NCBI RefSeq assembly: GCF_028641065.1
Contig: NC_073397.1
Location: 13,082,001 to 13,146,000 of the forward strand
Reading direction: 5' to 3'
DNA: 64,000 nt
Source of the DNA: Leucoraja erinacea
Taxonomy: Eukaryota
Of the stretch, positions 1 through 11,110 are shown one piece after another. The translations under genes and the position numbers were made by a program. Each line of letters opens with the position of its first letter. Position 1 is the first letter of the stretch. The notes below the pieces were generated by a model, which had not been told where the DNA came from, searched no databases, and saw only the letters and a program-made list of their open reading frames with translations.

Positions 1-355
1 GAATGGCGGTGCAGGCTCGAAGGGCTGAATGGCCTACTCCTGCACCTATTTTCTATGTTTCTATGTTTCTAACCCATTCGCTTTGTACTGGTGTTAGTTT
101 TAAATTCTTATCTGATCCCAACCAGCTGCAACTATGTGAGAGGATTGTGAACCTGTGGAATTCATTGCCAAGGACGGCTGTGGAGGCCAAGTCAATGGAT
201 ATTTTTAAGGTGGGGATTGACAGATTAGTAAGGTTGTTCCGGGTTATGGGGAGAATGTGGTTGAGAGGGAAAGATAGATCAGCAATGATTGAATTGTGGA
301 GTAGACTTCATGAGCCTAATGACCTAATTCTGCCCCTATAATTTATGAACTGATG
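1..355 (+). mobile_element. Two CR1/HER1-type LINE 3' fragments
   Basis: 1-68 ends in the (TTCTATGT)n tail after 'ggcctactcctgcacct'. 137-355 matches the other CR1 3'UTR copies (gtgaacctgtggaattc...gtggaggccaagtc). Confidence 0.8.
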
Positions 356-476
356 AGATGTAAATCTCATTAAATATTTTTACGTTTGTCACTTTTGGCG
401 CTCGTTGATTCAAAATTGTATCTGTTTTCCTGGCTAAAGGGTTAAAAATTCTCCTTTCTTACTTTATAGGTATATG

Positions 477-783
477 TTTAGTCATAGTTTAGTGAAAACA
501 GGCCTTTCGGCCCACAGAGTCCACGCCGACCAGCGACCACCCCGTACACTAGCATTATCCTACACACTGGGGACAATTTTTTCAATTTTGCTGTAGCAAA
601 TTAATCTACGTACCTTCTCCTCTTTTGGTTGTGAGAAGAAACTGGAGCACCCGATGAAAACCCACCTGGTCACAGAGAGAGCGTGCAAACTCTGTACAAA
701 CAGCATCCACAGTGAGGATCAAACCCTGGCCTCTGGCACTGTGAGGCAGTAGCTCCTCTACTGCTGCGCCACTGTGGTGCCCA
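477..783 (-). mobile_element. HE1/V-SINE-type tRNA-derived SINE
   Basis: Reverse complement has a tRNA-like head, the V-domain (gagtttgcacgctctctc...) and the CR1-shared tail (gggccgaaaggcctgttt). Confidence 0.8.
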
Positions 784-952
784 AGAGCTAAGTTGAAGAG
801 CTAAGAATTAATTTCCCACATGCAAACCATCAGAGTTAACCATGAGGTTTAATTAATTCTAAGGAGTGAAAAAGGGGAATGAAAGGCAGCAGTAATTCCA
901 ATAGACTGCGTCCTTGGAAATATTTTGCAATGCAGTGTTAGATGCCTAGAGA

Positions 953-1256
953 TAGCGGCATAGTGCCACAGTAGTCGAGCAGCTGCCAGAGACCTGGGTT
1001 CGATCCTGGCTACGGGTGCTGTCTGTATGGAGTTTGCACGTTCTCCCTGTGACCATGTAGGTTGCTCCGATTTCCTCCCACACTCCAAACATATGCAGGT
1101 TTGTAGGTTAATTGGCTTTGGTAAAATTGTAACTTGCCCCGAGTGTGTAGGATAGTGCTAGTATTCGGGGTGATCGCTTGTCAGCGCGGACCCAGTGAAC
1201 CGAAGGGCCCATGCTGTATCTGTGCTGTATCTCTGAAGTCTAAAGTAAAGTCTAAA
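953..1256 (+). mobile_element. HE1/V-SINE-type SINE
   Basis: B-box-like GGGTTCGATCC, V-domain TGGAGTTTGCACGTTCTCCCTGTG, and tail GCTGTATCTCTGAAGTCTAAAG. Confidence 0.85.
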
Positions 1257-1838
1257 GAAAGGTTACTTGCCACTTGAACTAAAATAATTGAATTTATGTA
1301 GCATTTGATCACATTTCTTAATTTTTTTGCATAACTTCACTGGCAATTAATTACATTGAAATATTGCCAACAATATTTTGAAGGGAATTTTTACATAGCA
1401 GAATCCCACAAAGAGCAATTTGATGATTGCCAGCTCTTCTCATATATGGATGTTGGTGGAGGGGACAACGGGAAGTGCAGGTGCTGGGATCTTGAGTAAA
1501 ACACAAAGTGCTGGTGTAACTCAACAGGTCAGGCAGCAATTGTGGAGACATGGATAGGTGACGTTTTGCGTCGGGACACTTCTTTAGACTACACTATAGT
1601 CTTAAGAAGAGTCCTGATCCAAATCGTGACTGTGTGGATCTTCTCCCAGTGCTCCGGTTTCCTCCACAATCCAAAGACATGCGGTTTTGGTCGGTTAATT
1701 GGCTTCAGTAAATTGTTAATTGTCCCTAGTGTGTAGGATAGTGCTAGTGCACGGGGATCGCTGGTCGGCGCGGACTTGGTGGGCCGCTGCATCTCTAAAT
1801 TAAACTAAACATGCCAATTATGACGATGTTTATTGACG

Positions 1839-2460
1839 ATTTGAGTATAGGAGCAGGGAGGTTCTACTGCAGTTGTACAGGGTCTTGGTGAGACCACACC
1901 TGGAGTATTGCATATAGTTTTGGTCTCCAAATCTGAGGAAGGACATTATTGCCATAGAGGGAGTGCAGAGAAGGTTCACCAGACTGATTCCTGGGATGTC
2001 AGGACTGTCTTATGAAGAAAGACTGGATAGACTTGGTTTATACTCTCTAGAATTTAGGAGATTGAGAGGGGATCTTATAGAAACTTACAAAATTCTTAAG
2101 GGGTTGGACAGGCTAGATGCAGGAAGATTGCTCCCGATGTTGGGGAAGTCCAGGACAAGGGGTCACAGCTTAAGGATAAGGGGGAAATCCTTTAAAACCG
2201 AGATGAGAAGAACTTTTTTTCACACACAGAGTGGTGAATCTCTGGAACTCTCTGCCGCAGAGGGTAGTCGAGGCCAGTTCATTGGCTATATTTAAGAGGG
2301 AGTTAGATGTGGCCCTTGTGGCCAAGGGGGTCAGAGGGTATGGAGAGAAGGCAGGTACGGGATACTGAGTTGGATGATCAGCCATGATCATATTGAATGG
2401 TGGTGCAGGCTCGAAGGGCCGAATGGCCTACTCCTGCACCTAATTTCTATGTTTCTATGT
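1839..2460 (+). mobile_element. 5'-truncated CR1/HER1 LINE: ORF2 C-terminal remnant, 3'UTR and (TTCTATGT)n tail
   Basis: Translates to LVRPHLEYC..FWSP..EGVQRRFTRLIPGM..LSYEERLDRLGLYSLEFRRLRGDLIETYKILKG, the classic CR1 post-RT region. Contains an in-frame stop and a frameshift. Confidence 0.95.
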
Positions 2461-2532
2461 TTACACAACATTGTTGCTATTGTCTTTCTGAGTGGTCGAA
2501 GGTGCTGGGGAGAGAGGCAGTGTTTATGTAAG

Positions 2533-2823
2533 GGCAGGGCAGGGGTAGAGTTGTTGCCTCACAGTGCCAGAGACCTGGGTTCGATCCTGACTACAGGTGT
2601 TATCTGTGTGGAGTTTGTACATTCTCCCTGTGACCATGCGGGTTTTCTCTGGATGCCCCGGATTTGCTCCCCACATTCCAAAGGTGTGCAAATTTGTAAG
2701 GTAATTGGGTTTGGTAAATAGTCCCTAGTGTGTAGCATAGAACTAGTGTAAGGGTATTCAGTGGTTGGAGCAGATTCAGTGGGCCTAAGGCTCAATTTCC
2801 ACACTGTATCTCTAAAACTAAAA
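2533..2823 (+). mobile_element. HE1/V-SINE-type SINE
   Basis: GGTAGAGTTGTTGCCTCACAG...GGGTTCGATCCTGACT head, V-domain, CTGTATCTCTAAA tail. Confidence 0.85.
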
Positions 2824-3394
2824 TGCCCTTCTCATCACATCAGTGATAGATAGTGGGCAATGAATAGAGGTCCCATTGTGCTTAAATGTTGTGAGAATCA
2901 ATCAAGCAATATCTCTGGCCAGGATGATGTTGAAATTCATAAGCATTGCTGTGATTCCCCCATTAAAGCAGAGTGCCTTGTGTGTGGTTTTGAGGAATCA
3001 AGGGAAATCACTTAGTCGTGAAATCATTGAAAGATACGGAACGGAGACAGGCCTTTCAGCCCACTCTGTCCATGCCAGCCATTTGCAGAGTTGAGATCTC
3101 GGTCCAGAAACTGCAACACAATTTTCCACTTCTCACCTCTGTTGATATTGCTGATGCTGGGACTTGGCAATATTAATGGTATTAAAAATATGGAGGTGAT
3201 TGGATTTTAACGTGTACAAACAAAAGCTTGCATTTATATTGTAATTTAACGCACTGAAACTTTATATTTAGAATAGGAACAGAAATAAGTATTGATGCTC
3301 TTTCAGGTTTGTCCCGTTGCCTTTCACACCCTCAACACACACAAACCTAGTGATGTTGATACTGAAAGCTTCTTTTGACTTCAGCAACTGCCGC

Positions 3395-3760
3395 TGTTGA
3401 GGGTTAAGAGCGACCCCGGGCCCCCTGTTAGTTGGGAGCCCTGTCTAGAGAGAGAGAGAGAGAGTAGAGAGAGAGAGAGAGAGGCGGACAGTCACACCCC
3501 AGCTGAAGAAGGTCGGATTCCTCTCGGGAAGTAACGCTGTTGGTGTAGCTACGCTCCCAGCACTTTTGTGCTCTCGCTGGAGAGAGAGAGAGCTGAGCTC
3601 CACAGCTGAGCAATCTGCAAAGTGCCGGAGCGGCTGTTTTGTGGCCGCTGCCACCGGTATGATGGATAGTTTATAAATGAAGACATCTGAAAAACACCAG
3701 ATGTACACGTACGGGGACCAGCGCAGCTTGATGGAGTTTTATGGGTGATAACAGGTTCGC
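3395..3760. promoter_or_regulatory. TE-free, GC/CpG-elevated island with (GA)n tracts; candidate promoter or 5'UTR exon
   Basis: CpGs retained outside any recognisable TE. (GA)n at 3447-3483 and 3580-3592. Short ATG-initiated ORFs and weak + strand donor candidates near 3745-3760. Confidence 0.4.
3447..3483. repeat. (GA)n microsatellite
   Basis: agagagagagagagagagtagagagagagagagagag read directly. Confidence 0.95.
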
Positions 3761-4177
3761 TTAAGCATTACCTATTGTAATAATAAACAACTTTATAATA
3801 TCATCAGCAGATGCTCTGATAAATCTTTAATGCTTTCTATTTACACCTGTCCACATATTTCCTGCATACAAGACAGGATAACATTAATGGGGATCGAGAA
3901 ACACTTTTCTCTGTGTCAATCCTCCTTTCAAATGCTTCCATTATAAACAGGCAGCAATCATGATGATTGGAACTCTCAGTTAAGAAACAACATTTCAGAT
4001 TGTCTTTTGCTTTTATTGACCTTCATTTCTAACAGCCGCCCCCTCAAGTTCTTCCTCCCCTGTTAGCTCCCTAATCACACCATCAAGTGTAATTTTCTGC
4101 CCATTGTTTGCAATCTATTGGATTACCTGTTTGGAAGGATAATATAAAAAGCCCCGGACATCACAACAATACTAACC

Positions 4178-4870
4178 TCACTTCAGAATTAAGGGACAGA
4201 AGTTTAGGGGTAATATGAGGGGGAACTTCCTTACTCAGAGAGTGGTAGTGGTGTGGAATGAGCTTCCAGTGGCAGTGGTGGAGGCAGGTTCATTGGTATC
4301 ATTTAAAAATAAATTGGATAGGAATATGGATGAGAAGGGAATGGAGGGTTATGGTATGAGTGCAGGCAGGTGGGACTAAGGGAAAAAAAAAAAAAATTTG
4401 TTTGGCACGGACTTGTAGGGCCGAGATGGCCTGTTTCCGTGCTGTAATTGTTATATGGTTATATGGTTATATGGTTAAAGATCTACCATTAGTAAGGGTG
4501 TCAAGGGTTATGGGGAGAAGACAGGAGAATGGGGTTCATAGAGTCATAGAGCCAGTGGGGAAACACGCCCTTTAGCCCAACTTGCCCACACCGGCCAACA
4601 TGTCCCAGCTGCACGAGTCCCACCTGCCCACATTTGGTCCCTATCCCTCCAAACCTGTCCTATCCAGGTACCTGTCAAACTTTTTTCTTAGATGTTGGGA
4701 TAGTCCCAGCCTCAACTATCTCCTCTGGCAGCTTGTTCCATACACCCACCACCCTTTGTGTGGAAAAGATTGCGAGGGAAAGATAGATCTGCCAGGATTG
4801 AATGGCGGGGTAGACTTGATGGGCCGAATGGCATAATTCTGCTCCTATAAAGTATGAACTTGTGAACATG
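4178..4870. mobile_element. Cluster of CR1 3' fragments (+ 4178-4477; + 4478-4870 interrupted by a - strand fragment at ~4537-4767)
   Basis: CR1 3' motifs (ctcacttcagaattaaggg...tggaatgagcttccag), (ATATGGTT)n tail, and a nested antisense CR1 tail. Confidence 0.8.
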
Positions 4871-5084
4871 AATCTCTGTAATGGACACGACTCCTTCACT
4901 GGCATTAATTTCTGGTAGACATCAGTGCTGGAGGATGCCTGCCTCCCGGCTGTAGTATTACCAGCAACAGGCTGTATGATTCTGAGTCCATGATCCTAAA
5001 ATTGAAGAATTCTAAGAACCAGCAAACTAGGAAGGATAGGCCCTTTTTTTAAGAAGATAGAACATAGAAAAAGTATTGAGTCGA

Positions 5085-5790
5085 TGTTCCGGCATGAAAC
5101 GCCACCTATTCCTTTTCTCCACAGGTGCTGCCTGAGCCGCTGAGTTACTCCAGCAATTCCTGTCTTTTCATTGTAAACCAGCGTCTGCAGTTTAGTTTAG
5201 TTTTGTTCAGAGATACAGTGAGGAAACAGGCCCTTCGGCCCAATGAGTCCATGCTGACCAGTGATCCCCGTTACACTATCTTGGGTATAAACCAGCATCT
5301 GCACTTCTTTCCTACACATAGAAAAAGTACGACACTAGAACAGACCCTTCGACCCACAATGTCTGTGCTGAACACAATGGCAAGATAAACTAACCTCATT
5401 TGCCTACACACGATCCATATCCCTCCTATTCCTGCATATCCACATGCCTGTCTAAAAGCCTCCTAAAAGCCACTATCGTATCTGCCTCCTCCATACCTCT
5501 GGCAGCATGCTGCAGGCACCAGACATCCTCTGTGTAAAAAATCTGCTTTACACAAGGGTGGCATGCTGGCGCATTGGTAGAGTTGCTACCTCACAGCGCC
5601 AGAGACCTGGGTTCGACCTTGACTACGGGTGCTGTCTGTACGGAGTTCATACGTTTTCCCCATAACTACATGTGTTTTCTCCAGGAGCTCCGGTTCCCTC
5701 CCACACTCCAAAGAAGTACAGGTTTGTAGGTTAATTGGCTTTGGTAAAATAATAAATTGTCCCCAGTGTGTAGGATAGCACTATAGTAGG
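5085..5790. mobile_element. Nested cluster: Penelope-linked short repeat, partial - strand SINE, - strand CR1 3' fragment, + strand HE1 SINE (5556-5790)
   Basis: Motifs gctgcctgagccgctgagttactccagc, gtttagtttag...ggcccttcggcc and GGGTTCGACCTTGACTACGGG. Confidence 0.75.
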
Positions 5791-6194
5791 ATCTGTCTTT
5801 GTTTGCTGTACCAATAACTTTAATGGGAATGCCAACAAATTGATTTTGCCAGTTCCCAACTTTTTAAAACCAAATGAAAAAGAATACTTCTTGATACTGA
5901 TTTAGATGCATTGACAGCCCACGGCACTATTGTCCTGACCTGACGCCATGCCCCGTTGGTATATTTGGTATTAAATTGAAGGAAATTAGAGTCATGTAAG
6001 ATTGTTTGTGTTCAGAGGTCACATCAAGGTTCTTTACAGCAAATAAATGATCACTGACATGTGCTCATTTTTTGTGAATTTGTGCCAGGAATGAGTCAGG
6101 CTCCAAGAAATGCAAATAGCCAGTTAAATGTGTGATGGTGAGAGTGGAATAGATGTTGGCCAATGCACCAGTAACACTGTAACACTATCTCCAA

Positions 6195-6453
6195 ATAAAC
6201 AGGCCATTCGGCTCACAAAGTCTGTGCCGACCAGCGATCCCTGCATGTTAACACTATCCTACACACACAAGGGGCAATTTACAATTTTACCCAGCCAATT
6301 AACCTAGGAACCTGTATGTCTTTGGAATGTGGGAGGAAACCGGAGCACCTGGAGAAAACGTACAAACTCTGTACAGACAGCACCCGTAGTCAGGATTGAA
6401 CATGGTTCTCTGGCGTTGGAAGGCAGCAACTCTACTGCTGCACCACCATGCCA
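6195..6453 (-). mobile_element. HE1/V-SINE-type SINE
   Basis: Reverse complement of the SINE consensus seen elsewhere in the window. Confidence 0.8.
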
Positions 6454-6524
6454 TCTCTCTCACTCTTCCCCACTCTCTCGCTCTCTCTCTCCCTCACTCT
6501 CCTCCTCTCTCCCTCTATCGCTCT

Positions 6525-6715
6525 CAGGTAGCATCTATGGATGGAATGGGCAGGGGACGTTTCAGTTGGGACCCCTCTTCAGATTGGGTCGGAGTAGGAA
6601 GAAGGATCCCGACCTGAAACATCACCTGGATATTCCTCCATAGGTGCTGCCCAACCCTCCAGCACACGGTGTTATACTCAAGGTTCCAGCATCTGCAGTT
6701 CCTTCTGTCTCCATT
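6525..6715. mobile_element. Penelope-linked short repeat, head-to-head inverted pair
   Basis: acccctcttcaga followed by gaagaaggatcccgacctgaaacatcacc and the ccagcatctgcagttcc terminus. Confidence 0.7.
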
Positions 6716-7431
6716 TTATTTTAATCATTCATTTTTCGGGATCTGGGAATTAGAGGCACAACCCGGTATCTAATTATCCTTGCACTGAATGGCTTACTGG
6801 GTCCTTTCAGATGGCCCTTGGGGATCGGCCACATATGTGGGTTGGAGTCACAGGTAGACCAGACTGTGTATGGAGATAGATGAATTGCATCGGTGAACCA
6901 GATGAGTTTTTACAACAATCCAGTAATTGTGTGATTATCAGTTTTTAAATTTGAGATGCTTAAATGGATTTATATTCTAGAGTTGAATTTGCCTCTTTAG
7001 TTCAGATATGTGGATTGCCAGTCTGGCAATTTAACTGTGGCACCATATGCAATTAAGAAGCAGATGCATCTTTAGCATGTTACTATTTCAGAGGAGTGGC
7101 CAGTGGAACTGAACCAAACTGCATAACAATGTACTTCTTCTCTGCCTCGCCACAGGAAATAGAGACAGTAAATGCCAGAAATACTTTGCAAGTCAGGGAA
7201 GATTTCTGTGTGGTATGTTTGTCTGCAATGTGCATGTAGCAGTGAGGCCAAATCTGGATATATGATATACTGCACCATTCCACTCGGATACCTCAGAGCA
7301 AAGTTCACCCTTACAACTTTCTAGCAGGATTGATTTTCCTGACAATTTGGCAGATATATCCCTCAAAAGAGTACTGCCTAATAACGGAGCTCATATCGCA
7401 GTAAGAGCAATAGTTTGTCCCAATTGAATTC

Positions 7432-7715
7432 TGTTAGAGAATCAGCATGGAAACAGGCCCTTCGGCCCACCGAGTCCTTAACAACCATCGATCACTAGTT
7501 TTATGTTTTCCCACCTTTTCATCCACTCCTGACACAAAGGGGAATTTAATCTACAGAAACCAATTAACCTACAAACGCACACGTATTTGGGATATGGGGC
7601 GAAAGCATCACAAAGAGATCGTGCAAACTCCGCGCAGACAATAGCCGAGGTCTGGATTGCACCCTTGTCTGTGGCACTATGAGGCAGAGGCTCTACAGCT
7701 ATATCATTGTTCTGC
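7432..7715 (-). mobile_element. Degenerate HE1/V-SINE-type SINE
   Basis: gaaacaggcccttcggcccaccgagtcc, caattaacctacaaac. Confidence 0.75.
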
Positions 7716-7949
7716 TCATTTCAGTTTGTCAATCGTTGACTAATTTCTTACATATTATCTAATGAAGATTTGCTTTCTTTATTTTTTCGTGGGATCAATA
7801 ACCTTTAGATCCTGACTCCAGTTATATTTAGATTTACCTTAGGGAACTATTGTTAATGTTGGAAATCTACAATAAAAAAACAGAAAATGTGGAAAACATT
7901 CATTCAGGCAGTATCTGTGGAAAGTTAATGTTTTAGGTCACAACTGGAA

Positions 7950-9400
7950 ATGGATCACCAGCAAATTGGTCAGGACCAGTGATATCGAAGCAATGGCCAG
8001 GAAAGCACACCAACGCCTCTACTTCCTTAGAAGGCTTAGAATGTTTGCTATGTCCCCAAAAACTCTCTCCGACTTTTACAGATGCGCTGGAGGAAGCATT
8101 TTATCAGGATGCATCACAGCATGGTTTGGGAACAGCTCCATCCAAGACCGCGAGACATTGCAAAGAGTTGTGGATGTAGCCCAGACCATCACAAAACTAA
8201 TCTCGCTTCCCTTGACTCCATCTACACTACATGCTGCCTCGGCAAGACCACCAGCATAATCAAGGACGATTCTCATCCCAATCATTCCTTCTCCTCTTTT
8301 CCATCAGGCAAGAGGTCCAGAAGTGTGAAAACGCTCACCTCCAGATTCAGGGACAGTTTCTTCACAGCTGTTATCAGGTAACTGACCCATCCTATCATCA
8401 ACTGGAGAGCACTCCTGAACAACCATCTGAATCATTGGAGACCTTTGGACTATCTTTAATCGGATTTCACTGGACTTTTCCTGCACTAACCGTTATTTCA
8501 TTTTCATGTAGACAGGAACTGCAGATGCTGGTTTATACCAAATATATACACAAAATGCCGGGTTAGGCAGCATCTCTGGAGAAAAGGAATAGGTGACAGT
8601 TCAGGTCGGGAAAGTCAGAGGAAGAGTTCTAAAGCCCCCGTCTCACTTTCACAACCCAATTGGCGACAAATGCCGAATTTGCCCTTGACTCATACTCGCA
8701 GCAAGGTCGCCACGAGGTCGTAGGAGGTCTTCGTAACTCTTCCTCATGCTCGTGAGTGGGCTCCGCGTACTCGTGGCCTCAAGCAGGTCGTGCTGTTTAT
8801 TCCAGCCTGATAAAAAATGTCCACAAGTAAAAAAAAGGTTGGCATGGAAAAAAATGATACTTTTTACTCGTAGGTAGGTCGTAGATAGTTGTAGGTCAGT
8901 AACTGGCCTGAGAAAGAAAATGCAAACATAACATCATTTTATCATGTGATCATTTTCCACTCGTAGCTAGTCGTAGTTGGTCTTTGGCGTGGAAGATTGA
9001 GGCCGAGGGGGGTCGTAGGAGGTCGTGGACATAGTCATGAGAGGTCGTAGGAGGTCTTTTACTTCGGTGAGTCAACACGACCTTGACATTTTTTTCAACT
9101 CGTCTAGGGTCTTCTAAACTCGTGGATTAGGTCATCCAAATGGGACAGGTCCTTAACGCAAAATGTCACCTATTTCATTTCTCCAGAGGTGCTGCCTGGC
9201 CTGCCGAGGAACTCCAACATTTTGTGTCTCTTCTCGGTATTCCCTTTATCATGTGTCTGTATACAGTGGATGGCATGAGTGTATGCAAGCGTAGTCTTTT
9301 CACTGACTGGATGACACACACCAAAAAGGGTTTCCAATACACTTCTGTATACGTGACACAAATAAGAAACTAAACTAAACTAAACTAATAAACTAAACAA
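7950..9400 (+). mobile_element. Rex1/Babar-type LINE 3' fragment (ORF remnant ~7966-8380; 3'UTR split by nested insertions; (AAACT)n tail)
   Basis: KAHQRLYFLRRLR.F..SPKTLSDFYRC..SILSGCITAWFGN..DR..LQRVV and ...PSGKR.RS...TSRFRDSFF are typical Rex1/Babar post-RT motifs. The UTR resumes at ~9237. Confidence 0.9.
8633..9153. mobile_element. PIF/Harbinger-type MITE
   Basis: Degenerate TIRs AGCCCCCGTCTCACT / AATGGGACAGGTCCT flanked by TAA (8630-8632 and 9154-9156). Related to 53652-54550. Confidence 0.75.
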
Positions 9401-9569
9401 GTTTTAAGATACAAAGATACTTGGGAAATTGGGAAATTGGGAAGGGTTGCTAAGAGAGAGTAAATGGTCTGTGACTGGTCAGGAGGCAAGAGAGATTAAA
9501 TAACCAAAGCACTGATAATACAAAGGAAATAAATGCAGAGAAGGTGTAAATACTGAATGCTCCACCATT

Positions 9570-9890
9570 AGGGCAGCACGGTGGAGCAGCGGTAGAGTTG
9601 CTGCCGTGCAGCGCTTGCAGCGCCAGAGACCCGGATTCGATCTCAATTATGGGTGCTGTCTATACGGAGTTTTATGTTCTCAACCGCAAACCCATGGGTT
9701 TTCTCCAAAATCTTCAGTTTGCTCCCACACTACAAAGACCCACAGGTCTTTGTAGGATAATCGGCTTGGTATAAGTGTAAATTGTCCCTAGTATGTGTAG
9801 GGTAGTGTTATTGTGCGGGGATCGCTGGTTGGAGCGGACTCGGTGGGCCGAAGGGTCTGTTTCCCCGCTGTATCTCTAAACTAAACAAAA
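9570..9890 (+). mobile_element. HE1/V-SINE-type SINE, near full length
   Basis: GGGCAGCACGGTGGAGCAGCGGTAGAG head through the CGCTGTATCTCTAAACTAAAC tail. Confidence 0.9.
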
Positions 9891-10911
9891 ACAATTGGTA
9901 GATGAGAAAAGGCTGTTTTCTAATTTACAGCCACTTACGCATTTGAAGAAATATCATAACAGCCAGAATTACATTTACGCTGAGATCCAAAAACCGGGAA
10001 CTTGGGGGAAATATGTTTGTGTTAGTCAGAATTAAGCTAGAATATGACCAATTTTACTTGTCAACTGTAAAATAAATTTCATAACGCCCCATTGCAAGCG
10101 CGATTTTTATTTTTTACAGTCTTGCGTAACATTTCAAAAATAGTAATTTATAATAAATTTGAGAGCTTTACAGTCCTGTTTCCACAAAGGTGCATTATTC
10201 AGCTTTTCTAAATATAAATGGCTCAGGCAATCTACAAGATCAAGAGCACAAGCATGCTCCTTATTTTTTTGTGCTAATGCTGTGAAATAATGTTCCAGAG
10301 TATAGTCGATGGCAGATGGTGTATTATTTACACAAAAGTACTTGAGATTAAAACTTCCTGCAAAACCTCGCCTTTGCTGTCAACAACTCCTTACTTCAGC
10401 TCATTTCTGCTTGGGAATATTGTTGAGTGTGTGATTTTTTTTTTTCGTGAACTGTAAAGTGAGATTGTATCATGGTGTGCATCTGTGCTGTTTGCTACTA
10501 TCCTGTAGAGCCTGCCAATACCACCAAAATAACATTTAATCTTCCATCATCCTTGATGCCTAATTACTCAAATTAACATTTTTATTTCATGTAAAATATA
10601 TTGCCATATCAAACTTCTTTTTGCTGACTTTGTTTAGGGGTTGTTTGTGCTCTATAAAATCACGTGAGCTGTTTTGTTTCCGTTTGTTGTTTTGGGGCCG
10701 AACAGTTCAATTAGCAGCTCATTCTGACTGAACCTCCTGACTGTAGCGTTGATGAATGGAACACAAAATGGTGCATAAACTCAGGCAGCATCTCAGGAGA
10801 ACATGGATAGATGACATTTCAGATCGGGACCCTTCTTCAAACTCCGGAGATGTTGAGTTTGAGACCCATTGTGTTTGACGCAAGATTCCGGCATCTGCAG
10901 TCCTTTGTGTC

Positions 10912-10978
10912 GGCCCCATAGCAGAAGCGTCCATGTCGCGGGGCTGGAGACTGGAAGTATCCCGAGCTAATTCTGCTA
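10912..10978 (+). ncRNA. HDV-like (CPEB3-like) self-cleaving ribozyme, predicted
   Basis: P1 GGCCCC/GGGGCT with G-U at position 1; P2 TAGCAGAA/TTCTGCTA; P3 GCG/CGC; L3 TCCATGT; P1.1 CC/GG; P4 CT-GGA/TCC-AG; J4/2 CTAA with catalytic-position C10967. Confidence 0.85.
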
Positions 10979-11110
10979 CCACCATCATCTACTGCGACAA
11001 GTGATGGCTTCCACTGATTGTCGCCGGAAGCTTGCGTCCTTTTCAGGACGGACGATGACAGCGAGGCCAACATTTGTAACAAGATGGACACGAAAAGAAG
11101 AAGAAGAAGA
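10912..11110 (+). mobile_element. ~200-nt non-autonomous non-LTR retroelement with 5' HDV-like ribozyme and (AAG)n tail (copy 1)
   Basis: Collinear with the reverse complement of 63228-63423. Tail CGAAAAGAAGAAGAAGAAGA. Imperfect TSD GTCCTTTGTGTC (10900-10911) / GTCCTTTAAGTC (11112-11123). Confidence 0.9.

Noticed and set aside
1963-2295. Functional reverse transcriptase gene
   Set aside because: Only the post-RT C-terminus of CR1 ORF2 is present, 5'-truncated, with a stop and a frameshift.
9570-9650. tRNA gene (A/B-box-like GGTGGAGCAGCGG...GATTCGATC), also at other SINE heads
   Set aside because: Continues into the V-domain and LINE-derived tail, so it is a SINE head, not a tRNA gene.
10912-10980. 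tRNA-derived SINE head (GGCCCCATAGC resembles a tRNA 5' end)
   Set aside because: No B box (GTTCRANNC) or cloverleaf; the HDV double pseudoknot accounts for essentially every base.
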